A DNA stretch of 64,000 nucleotides, taken from Octopus vulgaris (lineage: Eukaryota). The position numbers and the translations under genes were made by a program. Below, one piece after another: positions 27,003 to 40,329 of this stretch. Within the stretch, counting starts at the first letter, position 1, and each line of letters starts with the position of its first letter. Under the pieces are notes generated by a model, which was not told the DNA's origin, did not search any database, and saw only the letters and a program-made list of their open reading frames with translations. The stretch is from the NCBI GenBank assembly GCA_951406725.2, contig OX597815.1:21204001-21268000 (forward strand), read 5' to 3'.

Positions 27003-27369
27003 TGAGGGGCGAAGAGAGAATCTAATATACAATTATTTCTAAGCTCTCTTCCAGAACATTGCTTTATAATAGAAAAATAAGGACAAACATTCAATAAAGA
27101 TAAAATATAAAATGGCATAAAATATATTAAAAAAAAAATAATTTCTAAATCAGTTTCTGAAAAACAAAACTAATTAATTAAAAAAAAAACAGTTCTTTGC
27201 TTAAATAAAATTAAGCAAATTAAAATTTTTTTCCAGCGTTTCAAATCACAGTATTAATTTGTAGATAAGTTTTTCTAAGTATTTGCTCTAAAAAAGAGAT
27301 TCATACAGCAATTCTACATGTAAATGCATAACAATGTCTTACAAAGTTTTCGTTGATGTTTGAATTGAT

Positions 27370-27633
27370 TTCTTTTATTTACCCTTTTACTGGTATCAGT
27401 CATTAGACTGCGGCCATGCTGGGGCACTGACTTGCAGAATTTTTAGTCGAATGAATCGACCCCAGTACTTTTATTTTTATTTTTCAAACCTGGTACTGAT
27501 TCTATCGGATTTTGTTTTGGGGTTTTTTGCCGATGTGCTAAGTTCTGGGTACGTAAACACACCAACACAGGTTGTCAAGCGGTGGTGGGAGACAAACACA
27601 CACACACACACAAACACATACACACAAACACAC

Positions 27634-27679
<46 letters not shown>

Positions 27680-27835
27680 GACGGGCTTCTTTCAGTTTCC
27701 GCCTGTCAAATACACTCTCAATGCTTTGGTCATCCCTAGGTTATAGTAGAAGGCACTTGCTCAAAGTGTCGCGCAGTGGAATTGAACGCAGAGCCATGTG
27801 ACTGGGAAGGAAGATTCTTACCATACAGCCACTCA
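27370..27835 (-). mobile_element. SINE family B, diverged
   Basis: Reverse copy with internal (CA)n(TA)n. Confidence 0.8.
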
Positions 27836-27938
27836 TGTACATGTGATATTATATATATATGTATATATATGTAATGTTTGTATGTACATATGTACGTATA
27901 TATATTTATATATATATATAATGTTTGTATGTATGTAC

Positions 27939-27969
<31 letters not shown>

Positions 27970-27990
27970 ATGTTTGTATGTATGTACATA

Positions 27991-28042
<52 letters not shown>

Positions 28043-28062
28043 GTTTGTATGTATGTACATAT

Positions 28063-28117
<55 letters not shown>

Positions 28118-28395
28118 GGATATTAAGTCACTCCATACAAAACGTTTTTTTCGGACAGACCTTTTAAGTAATCCGATAATGGAAAGAATTTTTTTGAAAA
28201 TAAAGGAGAATAACAAAATAAAATTATGGTGAAGCTGCTAAACTAGTTGTCTATTGATTTTTCTCCTAAGAAAGCGTTTTAAAAGCCATAGAGTTTAGTA
28301 CGAAAATCTCAAATACAAGATATCAAATTTGGTGAAGAGATGGAAGAGATGTTTGTTTATATCGCATTTATATGTTACGTTTATGTATGTATATA

Positions 28396-28682
28396 TCTCT
28401 CTATATATAAACGGCAGTTTGTCTGTGCGTTTTCTGTGTGTCTGTTTTCTCGTACCCTCACTCTGACCACGGCTTTCAACCGATTCTGATGAAACTTCGA
28501 GAATCAGAAACCCAAACCACAGACTGTCTAGGGGACGCAACTCCACCTTTTTTAACTCTCAAAAAAAAAAATTTACCATCATTCTTTTTCCATTTTTTTG
28601 CTATTTTTTGGCTATAACTCTCTAAAAATGCTTTATAGTTATTTCCCTTACAAACCTGAGCAACGCCGGGCGATACTGCTAG
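28396..28682 (+). mobile_element. non-autonomous Helitron
   Basis: A|TC start, CCTGAGCAACGCCGGG hairpin and CTAG|T end. Confidence 0.85.
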
Positions 28683-28849
28683 TGTGTATATATTTGTGTG
28701 TGTGTGTCTTCAGTTTTTTCTAATCCCGGTAAAAGAACTTGAAAGTTTGGGCTTCCAACCAAGCCTTTCGCGACACCCTTAAAGCCGAGAATTTTTCATC
28801 ACCCCCTCGTAAATATTTAGAGGGAAACTGTATTGAGCCTTTTTTTTTT

Positions 28850-29086
28850 CTTCTTTTATCCTTTTATTTGTTTCAGTCATATGACTGCGGTCATACTGGA
28901 GCACCGTCTTTAGTCGAACAAATATACCCCAGGACTTATTCTTTGTAAGCCTAGTACTTATGCTATCGTTCTCTTTTACCGACACGCTAAGTTGCGGGAA
29001 CGTAAGCACACCAAAATCGGTTGTCAAGCGATGGTGGGAACAAACACAGACACACAAATACTTACACACACACACACACACACACA

Positions 29087-29138
<52 letters not shown>

Positions 29139-29812
29139 TAGCAGTATCGCCCGGCGTTGCTCGGGTTTGTAAGGGAAATAACCATATAAGCATTTTTAGA
29201 GAGTTACTTCCCATATAGATGCCAATTCGGGCTTTCTTAGCCATTTCTGTTTTGGTGTCTTCAAGCCATGAAGTCGTTGTTCTAAAAGAACGCTGGTCTC
29301 CTTGACAACGCTTTACGACGTTGATTTCCTTACACTCCCTTCCCCACAGCTTCACGAGGGAGGGAAGAAGGGGGAGAAGCAAACAGGTATGACCATGGAC
29401 GCCAACTCCGCCGCCATCGACACACGGAAAATTATGCATTAAAATGGAATAAAAAATGATGTTAAATTATTTTTAAAATCGTAGACTCATCGTAGACGCG
29501 CGCTAATACTCAGACGGGCTCGATATGAATCACGACTATAAGATACCTGAATTTGGTTAAACTGCACCGCAAAATGTGGGAGTAGTTAGGAATCTAAATC
29601 GAAGGAGACAGACACTCACACAACTACAGTTTTATATATATAGATATATATATATAGATATATATATATAGATATATATATACGACAGGCTTCTTTTAGC
29701 TTCCGTCTAAGACTTTGCTCGGCCCGAGAGTATAGTGCCACGCACTGGGACTGAACCCAGAACCATGTAGTTGATAAGCAAGTTACTTACCACACAGCCA
29801 CTCCTGCGCCTA
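28850..29812 (-). mobile_element. SINE family B interrupted by a Helitron
   Basis: Tail at 28850-29090, head at 29680-29812. Confidence 0.8.
29138..29644 (-). mobile_element. non-autonomous Helitron
   Basis: CTAG terminus at 29138 and TC terminus at 29644, inserted in (TA)n. Confidence 0.85.
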
Positions 29813-30289
29813 TAGTCGCTCCTGGGCCTTTGTTAAGATTTATTTGAGCTAGATTACGGACGTTAAAATGCGAACAAATATCTGTGCTTGATTGTGCAAA
29901 TTCGTAATGGATAAGGAACTAAAAATAGTAAGATGTATTTTTACAAATAATGTCTCTTACCAGAATTCATAGAAGAAAGTGTGCTGGGTTATTTTTAAGC
30001 TTAAAGCAAGAGTTAATGATAAGGGAAATAAGTTATTTTATGACAATCTGATATATGGAAAAATTAGGATATGTAGATTATAAATCTTTGGATTGCAGAT
30101 TATAAGAACAAGTGGAGTGGGTCAGATGTTATTGTCCTAAAGTATCTATTTATGTGCATTAAGTAAAAATAAAAATACAAATACGAAGAATAACCGATGA
30201 ATGGTGGTACATCACTGATGAATGATAATTATCTCGAAAGAGATTTGAAAGACTTTCCGGGAAATTTTCGGTTTACTTAAGCGAACGAT

Positions 30290-30531
30290 ACTCTTTTATT
30301 CTTTTACTCTTTTACTTGTTTCAGTCATTTTGACTGCGGCCATGCTGGAGCACCGCCTTTAATCGAGCAACACGACCCCGGGACTTATTCTTTTGTAAGC
30401 CCAGTGCTTATTCTATCGGTCTCTTTTGCCGAACCGCTAAGTGACGGGGACGTAAACACACCAGAATCGGTTTTCAAGCAATGCTAGGGGAACAAACACA
30501 GACACACAAACACACGCACACATACATATAT

Positions 30532-30594
<63 letters not shown>

Positions 30595-30762
30595 TACGAC
30601 AGGCTTCTTTCAGTTTCCGTCTACCAAATCCACTCACAAGGCATTGGTCGGCCCGAGGCTATAGCAGAAGACACTTGCCCAAGAAGCCACGCAGTGGGAC
30701 TGAACCCGGAACCATGTTGTTGGTTAGCAAGCTACTTACCACACAGCCACTCCTGCGCCTAT
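30290..30762 (-). mobile_element. SINE family B (CORE-like), full length
   Basis: Near-consensus reverse copy with (AAAAGAGT)n tail. Confidence 0.9.
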
Positions 30763-31584
30763 AGTTTTTTTTTTTATTTTAGTCTCTTTTTTTTTACATC
30801 TTCTCAATGCTCATTACTAATGACTTTCAAATAATAAGCTGTAGAATTACCTACATTGTACATCTTTCTGTATTTCTTAATGCTATGAAGATATTATTTT
30901 CAAAAAAAATAATTAATTTGGCGGTAATAAAACGTTGTTTGTGTCTTGAAATACTTGAGGTAGCGTGAATATGGTGTTACTTGAAAATAGTTGTATTCGG
31001 GTGAGGATAAGTTAAAGTGGTAAAGATGAAAGAAATGATAAAGACAGATTAAAATATATTATGGTATAGATGGAATATGCTATTCATGTATGTAACTAAT
31101 TGAATAGGTTGGTTAAGGTAATAATTAAGTTAGTTAAGATAATAATTAGCTCAGTTGATTCTATTTTTGCAGTTAAGTTTAAATTACTATTTACATAGAG
31201 GACTAATTAAAGATGTATATAGGACGTTAGGTGAAGTTAGGTGTAAGAAAGTCATTTCTGTTATGGCTAGAAAATAAAGAACTTGCTATAAATATTTGTT
31301 ACTAATTATCAAAGTAGAATAAAAGTAGAATATAATTGTGTGCACGAAAGAAATGCGTTGTTAATATGAGGAAGTAGTGCATAAATGAGATATAGTGTGA
31401 TAAGGTGTGCTGAAGTCAAGAAATAAGTATAATTAATGTAATCAAAGAACTAAAGATAGTTATATAAGTAGAACTAGATAATTTCGACATAAGAATTACT
31501 AGTGGGGATCGGATCTCAGGTTATAGAGTAGATGCGTTTACAGTCTTTTATGTATACAGATACGTTTACTGTCTTTTATGTAAA

Positions 31585-32008
31585 GGCGCAGGAGTGGCTG
31601 TGTGGTAAGTAGCTTGCTAACCAACCACATGGTTCTGGGCTCAGTCCCACTGCGTGGCATCTTGGGCAAGTGTCTTCTGCTATAGCCCCGGGTCGACCAA
31701 TGCTTTGTGAGTGGATTTGGTAGACGGAAACTGAAAGAAGCCTGTCGTATATATGTATATATATATATGTATGTATGTGTGTGTGTGTGTGTGTGTGTTT
31801 GTGTGTCTGTGTTTGTCCCCCTAGCATTGCCTGACAACCGATGCTGGTGTGTTTACGTCCCCGTCACTTAGCGGTTCGGCAAAAGTGAACGATAGAATAA
31901 GTACTGGGCTTACAAAGAATAAGTTCCGGGGTCGATTTGCTCGACTAAAGGCGGTGCTCCAGCATGGCCGCAGTCAAATGACTGAAACAAGTAAAAGAGT
32001 AAAAGAGT
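31585..32008 (+). mobile_element. SINE family B, full length
   Basis: GGCGCAGGAGTGGCTGTGTGGTAAG head, CTTGGGCAAGT CORE-like motif, AAGTAAAAGAG tail. Confidence 0.9.
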
Positions 32009-32308
32009 ATACAGAGTTAAATCTTTTTCTAGTGTTTATGTTCGACAGGTTCTTTGGTGAATCAAACCTCTCTAAACAGCACCAACCTACTTCCAATCTA
32101 ATTACTAATAATTGCATTAACCCAAACACTTGTGCACTACATTCGAATTGTCACTCAAGACGTATTGTTAACCAACGCACAGTGCGTGTATTTTAGAATC
32201 ATTCTAAGATACTTGCTGGCCTTACTTCCAGTTAAAGTGTGCTATAATCAGCACCCTATACGTTCTGCCAAAACAAAATTTCGATTTCTGGTTACATAAG
32301 GGATTTGA

Positions 32309-32473
32309 GGCGCAGGAGTGGCTGTGTGGTAAGTAGCTTGCTAACCAACCACATGGTTCCAGGTTCAGTCCCACTGCGTGGCATCTTGGGTAAGTGTCTT
32401 CTGCTATAGCCCCGGGCCGACCAATGCCTTGTGAGTGGATTTGGTAGACGGAAACTGAAAGAAGCCTGTCGTA

Positions 32474-32528
<55 letters not shown>

Positions 32529-32755
32529 GTGTGTGTGTGTGTTTGTGTGTCTGTGTTTGTCCCCTAGCATTGCTTGACAACCGATGCTGGTGTGTTTACG
32601 TCCCCGTCACTTAGCGGTTCGGCAAAAGAGACCGATAGAATAAGCACTGGGCTTACAAAGAATAAGTCCCGGGGTCGATTTGCTCGACTAAAGGCGGTGC
32701 TCCAGCATGGCCGCAGTCAAAATGACTGAAACAAGTTAAGGAGTTAAAGAGTAAG
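32309..32755 (+). mobile_element. SINE family B, full length
   Basis: Same head, core motif and tail as 31585-32008. Confidence 0.9.
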
Positions 32756-33851
32756 ACTGAATAATATTACTTAAGAAGGTGTCTTTTTGTGTAAGAGATG
32801 AAGTTCTCTTTTTATTTATAACACAATTATCTTAAACGGGTGTATTAAATACATTCAAAATATTACTTGGCTTGACTTCATTATTTTATATGTGTGTGTA
32901 TACATACATACATACATACATACATACATACATACATACATACATACATACAAACTTGTAAAGTAACATTATCTTTTACTTCTATGTCTATGGTTGACTA
33001 ATCATATTGTTTCTTTAGTGTATTTAATTTTCTCATTTTGAATACACTTTTGGAAACGGTTACGTTGTAATACATGGATAATAGCCTAAAGATTTGCTTG
33101 TTGGCTGAAATGTTAAAATGGTTAAGAGAAATAATCCTAAATTGTTAATATTCCTGAACTGATTAAAAATTTTAGGCATATAATTTAACGCTTTATTGAT
33201 TTTACAATACAGACAATACAAAAAATTATTCAAGTTCAGAGTAATAACAAAGAAATTCGCGGTGGAAAGGTCCTCTTTATGATAAATGAAAGCCCATGAT
33301 TCTTGAAGGCATGCATATTTCTATGGTTACCTATTTTCTACCAGTTAAGCCCCTCATTTTGATATAAGCCTTATTCAGTATAGTTGTTGTTTAACCTTAC
33401 TCAAGTAAATCTATATCCAAAGACATTCCAGTTACGATAGTCCAGCAATTTTTCGAGTAAAGTGTACTCCTGGATACACTATTCAATGAACCCTTCTTTA
33501 AAACAGTTGAATGTGGGTTAAGAGATTTAGCTGCTCGAATGACCACACACAAACTCCACCGTTGGCTCGGTTTTAAGTTTTTGTTATGGCTCACAGACAC
33601 TTTTGGCCTATAACATTAATAGACCAAATTTCCATTGACTGAGTTGCTTTAATTAATTTCATAGATGATTTGTTTGATTTTTTTTTAATTAGTTTAATAC
33701 CTTTGCAAATGTTGCATTGTGAACATATTCTACACAGTTTGTCCAGACGAAAATTCGTTAAATAAATGTATTTGTGTATTAATTTGATGACTGAAATTGC
33801 AAATCCTCAATATTGCAGCGTAGGTCATTGGGACAAGTATGTTTTTACACA

Positions 33852-34060
33852 TCTTTATATATAAAAGTGAAGTTGTGTGTCTGTCTCCTACGATTTAGAT
33901 TCCTAACTACTCCCACATTTTGCGGTGCAGTTTAACCAAAACCGGGTATCTTATAGTCGTGATTCATATCGAGCCCTTCTGGGTATTAGCGCGCGTCTAC
34001 GATGAGTCTACGATTTAAAAAAAAATTACCATCAATTTTTCCCATTTTTAATGCATTTTT
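33852..34060 (+). mobile_element. Helitron 5' half (3' truncated)
   Basis: A|TCTTTATATATAAAAGTGAAG start identical to 59107. Confidence 0.85.
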
Positions 34061-34154
34061 ACACATCAACTATAAATTCATATAATTCTGACGTAAATGC
34101 ATTGTTTTAACATTTACAATTTTAGTTCGGTTATCTTTACTATAATATAAACAA

Positions 34155-34547
34155 CTAGCAGTATCGCCCGGCGTTGCTCAGGTTTGTAAGGGAAATAACT
34201 ATATAAGCATTTTTAGAGATTATAAAGTATAATAGCCATCTCAATATGGCTAACCACAAAGGGGGGTGTTACTGTAGCTTTTTACGTTCTGAGATTTAAT
34301 AATAAATTTTTAGAGAGTTACTTCCCTTATATATGCCAAAAATGCATTAAAAATGGGAAAAATTGATGGTAATTTTTTTTTTAAATCGTAGACTCATCGT
34401 AGACGCGCGCTAATACCCAGAAGGGCTCGATATGAATCACGACTATAAGATACCCGGTTTTGGTTAAACTGCACCGCAAAATGTGGGAGTAGTTAGGAAT
34501 CTAAATCGTAGGAGACAGACAGACAACTTCACTTTTATATATAAAGA
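34155..34547 (-). mobile_element. non-autonomous Helitron
   Basis: CTAG terminus at 34155, TC terminus at 34547. Confidence 0.85.
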
Positions 34548-34970
34548 TAAGCGTCTTTTGGTAAGTTATCAAAATAAAACTTTTAAGAATGCAACTTTTA
34601 ACCTTTCTGAATTGTTGCCATTTCCTTTCCAATAATTGAATAAAACATTTCGGAGTGGTTATCTCCTCTTCATTCACAGAAACCAGATGGTGGCGCTACG
34701 AGCGGATAAGCTAGACAATCTCTCTTATGATATTCCAGTCAACATACATCGGCTGGTAGAGCAAATCGACGGCTCACCGTAATTAAATTACGAGGCGGGA
34801 GCGCTAAGTAGTGATGTGTATAAATACCATGTTATTGCCAGTTCGAATATGCTAATAGCCCGTTCGGGCTTGTAAACAAGCCATTTACTCTGTTTTCTTG
34901 AAGAAAATTTATCGCTGTAAACAAATGGTGTAAATACACCTAAATCAGCTCGCAGCACCACCTATCCAGA

Positions 34971-35018
34971 CTGTGAGAAGTAAATATTTCGGAGTGGTTA
35001 TCTTCCCTTCAGTCACAG
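34971..35018 (-). ncRNA. type I hammerhead ribozyme motif, degenerate
   Basis: CUGUGA-CUGAAGG-GAAG auaacca CUCC-GAAA uauuuacu UC-UCACAG. The 6-bp stem I is intact. Confidence 0.65.
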
Positions 35019-35218
35019 AAATCGACGGCTCATCGTAATTAAATTACGGGATGGTAATAACATTGAATTTATAAAGATCATTGCTTAGCGCTCCCACCTG
35101 GTAATTTAATTACGATGAGCAGTCGGTTTGCGCCACCAGCCGACGTATGTTGACTGGAATAACATGAGAGAGATTGTCTCTCTTATCAGCTCCCAGCGCC
35201 GCCATTCTGTCACCATTT

Positions 35219-35266
35219 CTGTGACTGAAGAGGAAATAACCACTCCGAAATGCTTGCACCTCAGAG
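35219..35266 (+). ncRNA. type I hammerhead ribozyme motif
   Basis: CUGUGA-CUGAAGA-GGA aauaaccac UCC-GAAA-UGC uu GCA-CC-UCAGAG. CUGANGA and GAAA boxes are canonical; U16.1 is mutated to C. Confidence 0.7.
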
Positions 35267-35606
35267 TTTGGATAGGTGGTGCAGCGAACTGATTTAGGTG
35301 CATTTACACCATTTGTCTACAGCGAGAAATTTTCTCCATGACAAAACACGGTGAAAGGCGTGTTTACAAGTCCAAACTTGTAAACGTGCTATCAGCGTAT
35401 TCGAACTAATAACATTGCATTTGTACATACCACTGCTTAGCGCTCCCACCCCGTATCTTATTCTAATTCTGGGAGGGACTTCACACTTCAATCTGTTGAA
35501 CTGCATTTCCAACATATGCATATGCTTTTTCATTGGTAATACTTTTCTGTATATATATATCCATAAATGTAAACGTTTCCCCAAATAAACTGCTCTTCGT
35601 GTTTGA

Positions 35607-35687
35607 AGTTCCGATGAAGCTGTAAGGTGATACTCAATCACTTGCATATGAGCGCATTGCATTTTATAATAGAAACAGCTGTAAGCT
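35607..35687 (+). ncRNA. hammerhead-like motif, second family (CCGAUGA core)
   Basis: AGUU-CCGAUGA-long stem II-GAAAC AGCU GUA-AGCU; palindromic stem III. Confidence 0.5.
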
Positions 35688-36068
35688 AATGAAGTTCATA
35701 ACATAATTGTCTATTCTTTTGTTATCCCAATTTCGTGTGTGTGTGTGTGTGTGTGTATGTGTGTGTGCGCGTGTGTGCGCGCGTGTGTGTGCGTGTGTGC
35801 GCGCGCGTGTGTGTGTGTTCTAAATTTAACTAATTTATGTTAATTTATTCTTGATAATTGATAACATAAGGACTAACATAATATTGTTTCTGTACCATTA
35901 ATTATTTTAGTGGATTAATGGGTATTTTTGCCTTTTTTCATCATTATTACAGATTACCGATCTCCTATGTGAAAGAAAAATGTCAACAAATTCCATTTAA
36001 TATCTAACCGACGATTTTATTATATCAACACAGATCATTACGAAGCCAATGTGTCACATATGTATTAA

Positions 36069-36396
36069 AGCGGCGAGCTGGCAGAAACGTTAGCACGCTG
36101 GGCGAAATGCGTAGCCGTATTTCGTCTGTCTTTACGTTCTGAGTTCAAATTCCGCCGAGGTCGACTTTGCCTTTCATCCTTTCGGGGTCGATTAAATAAG
36201 TACCAGTTACGCACTGGGGTCGATGTAATCGACTTAATCCGTTTGTCTGTCCTTGTTTGTCCCCTCTGTGTTTAGCCCCTTGTGGGTCGTAAAGAAATGA
36301 GCATTTCGTCTGCTGCTACGTTCTGAGTTCAAATTCCGCCGAGGTCGACTTTGCCTTTCATCGTTTCGGGGTCGATAAATTAAGTACCAGTTGCGT
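36069..36396 (+). mobile_element. SINE family A, bipartite, abutting RTE fragment
   Basis: Near-consensus copy plus a second core repeat. Confidence 0.9.
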
Positions 36397-36399
36397 AGT

Positions 36400-37266
36400 A
36401 TACACCACCTGTATCCTGAACATACATATTGGAGACCACAAACTACAGGAGGTGGAGAAGTTTACCTATCTTTGCTCTACCGTCAACCACAACTTATCCC
36501 TTGATGCTGAGCTCAATATACGCATTGGCAAGGCAGCTGCTGTGATGGCCCAACTCTCCAAACGAGCATGGGACAACAATAAACCGACCAAGACCACAAA
36601 AATAAAGATTTACCAGGCATGTGTACTTAGCACTCTACTGTATGGAAGTGAGACTTGGACGCCATACACACGCCAAGAGGGCCTAAATATCTTTCACCTG
36701 CGCTGCCTCCGGAAAATTCTTGGTATCAAATGGCAGAATCATGTCCCCAACAGCAAGCAGGAATACCAAGCATGTTTGCACTCCTCACACAAAAACGTAT
36801 GAGATGGCTTGGACATGTTAGCCGTATGGAAGATGGCAGAATCCCCAAGGACATACTCAACATTGCTAGGGGCACTAGGTCTCTAGGAAGACCGTTCTTA
36901 CGATACAAGGATGTTTGCAAAAGGGACATGAATGCCTGCAACATCAATATTACCAACTGGGAAGTAGTTGCCAGCAACCGTGGAGATTGGCGACGTACCG
37001 TAAAAAGAGGGAGCACAAAGGAGTGACATAGAGAGAGAAAAGAAATGGAAAGACAAGAAAAGACGTCAACAAGAAACAATGGCATTACAACCAGCCAGGC
37101 AAAGTCTTCGCTACATTTGCGGTACCTTCCAGAGGGAGTGTTTGTCCAGGATAGGACTACACAGCCACAGCAGGAGATGTATTAGGACATGAAATGTAAA
37201 AGCCGGACTTGGTTATTTTATGCGCAACTCCATTGTCTCCCGAGACAAAAACGATGCCAACAACAA
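36400..37266 (+). mobile_element. 5'-truncated RTE (BovB-like) LINE
   Basis: EKFTYLCST...KIYQACVLSTLLYGSETWT...FHLRCLRKILGIKWQ...RMRWLGHVSRMEDGRIPKDIL...RYKDVCKRDM, decayed finger CLSRIGLHSHSRRC and a (CAA)n tail; frameshifted. Confidence 0.92.
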
Positions 37267-37599
37267 TATATATGGATTTCGTAGACAGGAACTGAAACAA
37301 ATCAATCATATATATATATGTATGTATATATGCAAGTGTATGTGTGTGTCTTTGTCTCTGTGTTCGCCCTCATCACTGCTTCACAATTGCTGTTCATTTA
37401 TTTACATCCACATAACTTACTGGTTTCACAAGAATAAACTAATAGAATAAGCACTAGGCTTATCAACATAAAAGCACTAGGCTGTGTCTCATATTTTTGT
37501 TTGCCCACTCAGTTGTATCTATCAATTTATCTTTGTATGTGTGTGGGTATATCTATATTTATCTATTTATCTATCTATCTATCTATCCCTCTCTCTCTT

Positions 37600-37687
<88 letters not shown>

Positions 37688-38589
37688 CCTAATGGGAGTC
37701 TTAACTCCCAAATTTTAGTCATTTCTTTTATGATCCAAAACTAGGTCAAAAGTACTGAATGGATCTTTATGAAATTTTGAAATTATATTCTATGCATAAG
37801 GGTCATAACCCCCATGACAATTCATATATTTTTGCTGTTGATGAAATTTTAACCATAGATATTAGACACGAAATAACATTTATAAAATTTCATCTTCTTA
37901 CAAAGTTAGAAAGACCCCTGCATGGGGACTTAACGCCCACAATTTTGTCATTTTATCAAAGCAAAAACGAATACAGTTGTGTTCTTGAAAGCTGTAGGGT
38001 TACCCGAGCATAAATGTTGGGCATTATTTCTAATTCAATGGTACAACAGTGTAACAGTTGCCTTTGACATACACTTACATTGTGATTTCTGCGATGTGGT
38101 GCATAAATTGTCAAGTAAATGAGAGGCATCTTTGCCTCCACTGATTCAGTTGCAAATTGTTGAGTAAAGTTATTTGATTGCAGACCTCCTTTCAGTCTTT
38201 TTATTATCACTCGGTCACACATAGTCTCCAGATGGTAACATTGATTTCAAGGCCTTCCCAGATGAGTGACTGGTTATTCAAAGACATTTATAGATTTTAA
38301 ATTTATTCTGTCTAGTTACGTATCAGTATTGTGGTCATTTGCAAACTCCAGAGGTGACACTTTAATTTCTCCTTAGCCCTCACGTCACACAGTTGTTAAT
38401 GTTGATTTCAGTTGGGTCACGCCCTTACAATTGCTATAGATTCGTAATGCATCTTACGGCTGTGCCTGCCACCTGGATAGTGAGGAATCCTACATTGGGA
38501 GTGGTAACGACTGTTGCTAATGTTACTTGTGGCATTTTGAAACGGCAGTGTGTCATTTATGAATAATAAAAGATTGGTGAACACTTGGC

Positions 38590-39210
38590 TATTTTTAGAT
38601 GCGATATATTTTTACCTTTCAGGTATATTTCAAAAGCTTAATTTACTGATCAAACAGTTACAAGCAGAAAACTGTAACCTTATAACTTTTCCAAGAGTCT
38701 ATTACTGCATTCATGGAAAACACCAGTTATTCAATATCAATATAGAATGTCACAAGCTGGTTTCTGCCCATGGTTTCCTTTGGCATTGCACTGTAAGATT
38801 ATAAACTTCCTTCATATGTTGAGTATTTGAAATATATGTACAGTAATACTAAAATTCAATTCAGCGACTTACTAGAGATTTGGGTTTGATCCATTTCAGA
38901 TAAAAGCCACTGATATTGCCCTTACGTTACGGGAAAGCTTCATTGAATTGCAGTGATGAAATGTTTAAAGATAGATTCAAACATAGTTATAATAATTTAT
39001 GGGAAAGTAGTGAAATTACTAGGAATTTACCACTTTCCTAGAAGCGAGTAAAGTTTTATGCTATTGCTTAATCTGCTTTTAGTCAGATGAGTTCCCTACT
39101 ATCAAAAGCCCGTAACCGCTTTGATATTGCTAGATATGATCTTTATCACAAACAACACTATATCCAGATAGTGAAAAAAAATTTAGAGTTCGTATCAGTC
39201 TCGTGGCTCA
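38590..39210 (+). mobile_element. hAT (Charlie/Buster-like) transposase C-terminal remnant
   Basis: FYLSGIFQKLNLLIKQLQAENCNLI...DPFQIKATDI...FIELQ...SAFSQMSSLLSKARNRFDI, with frameshifts. Confidence 0.7.
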
Positions 39211-39810
39211 CAATAAATAAAGTTCTAATCATCGTGATATTTTGATTATCGTGCATTTTATATTTCTAAGAATTTTTTTTACCAAGTCAACATTAGCAAC
39301 AGTAAAACACTTTTAAAATAATCTTTTACTTGTTCAAGTCTATGCGCTGCGGCTACGCTGGGGCATGGCCGTAGCCCGGAGATATGAAGAGCCAAAAGAG
39401 TGTAATAAAAGTTACTTTGTGTCAGTTATTATAGATTATCTTTATAGAGTGTTGTTTGCTAATATACAATTTTGTCTGAATAGAAATTGCTTTTGTAAAT
39501 AACTAAAAACACATTACTTTTGCATGATACAGCAGCCAGGGTTAATTAAGACTGTAAATGGCAAAATAGGCTTCCTTTAAAAAAAAACTAATTGTATCTA
39601 TAGAATGGAGATAGAGAGGTAATTATGGTTTGAAAGGGAAAAAATCTAAACCACTGTCCTCAGAAGAAAATGTAGTGATCAATGAGTTGATCTTTTAAAG
39701 GAACATGAGTCGCTATTCTTACACGAATGAGACAATAAATTCTTGTAAAATTTCAGCGACGTCAGTTGGACGGATTGAAATAAGAAACGTATCCGAGAGC
39801 AACAATTTTA

Positions 39811-40173
39811 CGAGGTGGTATCCAAACGTTTCCGGGCTAGTTATGTTTAGTAACAAATGACTTATTTACCTAAGTTTTAACATCATCTCCTTCGAAATTG
39901 TCACCTTGCCGAAGCATGTTCAATGTCTCTGTAGCAGATTCCCAAGTTTAACGCAAAATTTTACGTTGACTACTTGTTCCTGATTCCTGTCCATGACAAA
40001 AATCGAAGACTACAGCTTACACGTGATCACAAAGTCAAACATTTCACAACTTGCGAAGTAAGCACAGCAATGTCACTCGTCACACTGCCTAGCTCCCACT
40101 GCGCACGCAACTGTGTGCTGCCATCTGTTGGCGCGCTGCAGAACTAGTTCAGGAACTTTTTGATACCACCTCG
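39811..40173. mobile_element. mariner-type MITE
   Basis: TA|CGAGGTGGTATC...GATACCACCTCG|TA. Confidence 0.85.
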
Positions 40174-40329
40174 TAGTCTAGCATCAATGTGATACTGAAC
40201 AACGTAAAATATGTGAAAGCAACATCAAGAAACAACAGTGCAGATGGAATAATTAGGGGTATGTTGTTAATCTCATATTTTCTGTTCTGTTTTAATATAT
40301 GAATTCCCACTTAAACTTAAAACATTTGG

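Larger units (their letters stand above)
34645..35455. mobile_element. hammerhead-containing tandem repeat (retrozyme-like), two divergent arrays
   Basis: Minus array 34645-35048 has period 339; plus array 35055-35455 has period 352. One hammerhead motif per unit. Confidence 0.75.

Noticed and set aside
30437-32570. Recurrent ORFs ending YDRLLSVSVYQIHSQG...LPHSHSCA
   Set aside because: Antisense translations of SINE family B, not a gene family.
38040-38390. Possible Tc1-like transposase trace on the minus strand
   Set aside because: Too decayed; no catalytic motif or TIR could be confirmed.
40117-40136. CTCF-like motif GCTGCCATCTGTTGGCG (similar at 34683)
   Set aside because: Single short motifs inside repeats; binding cannot be supported from sequence alone.
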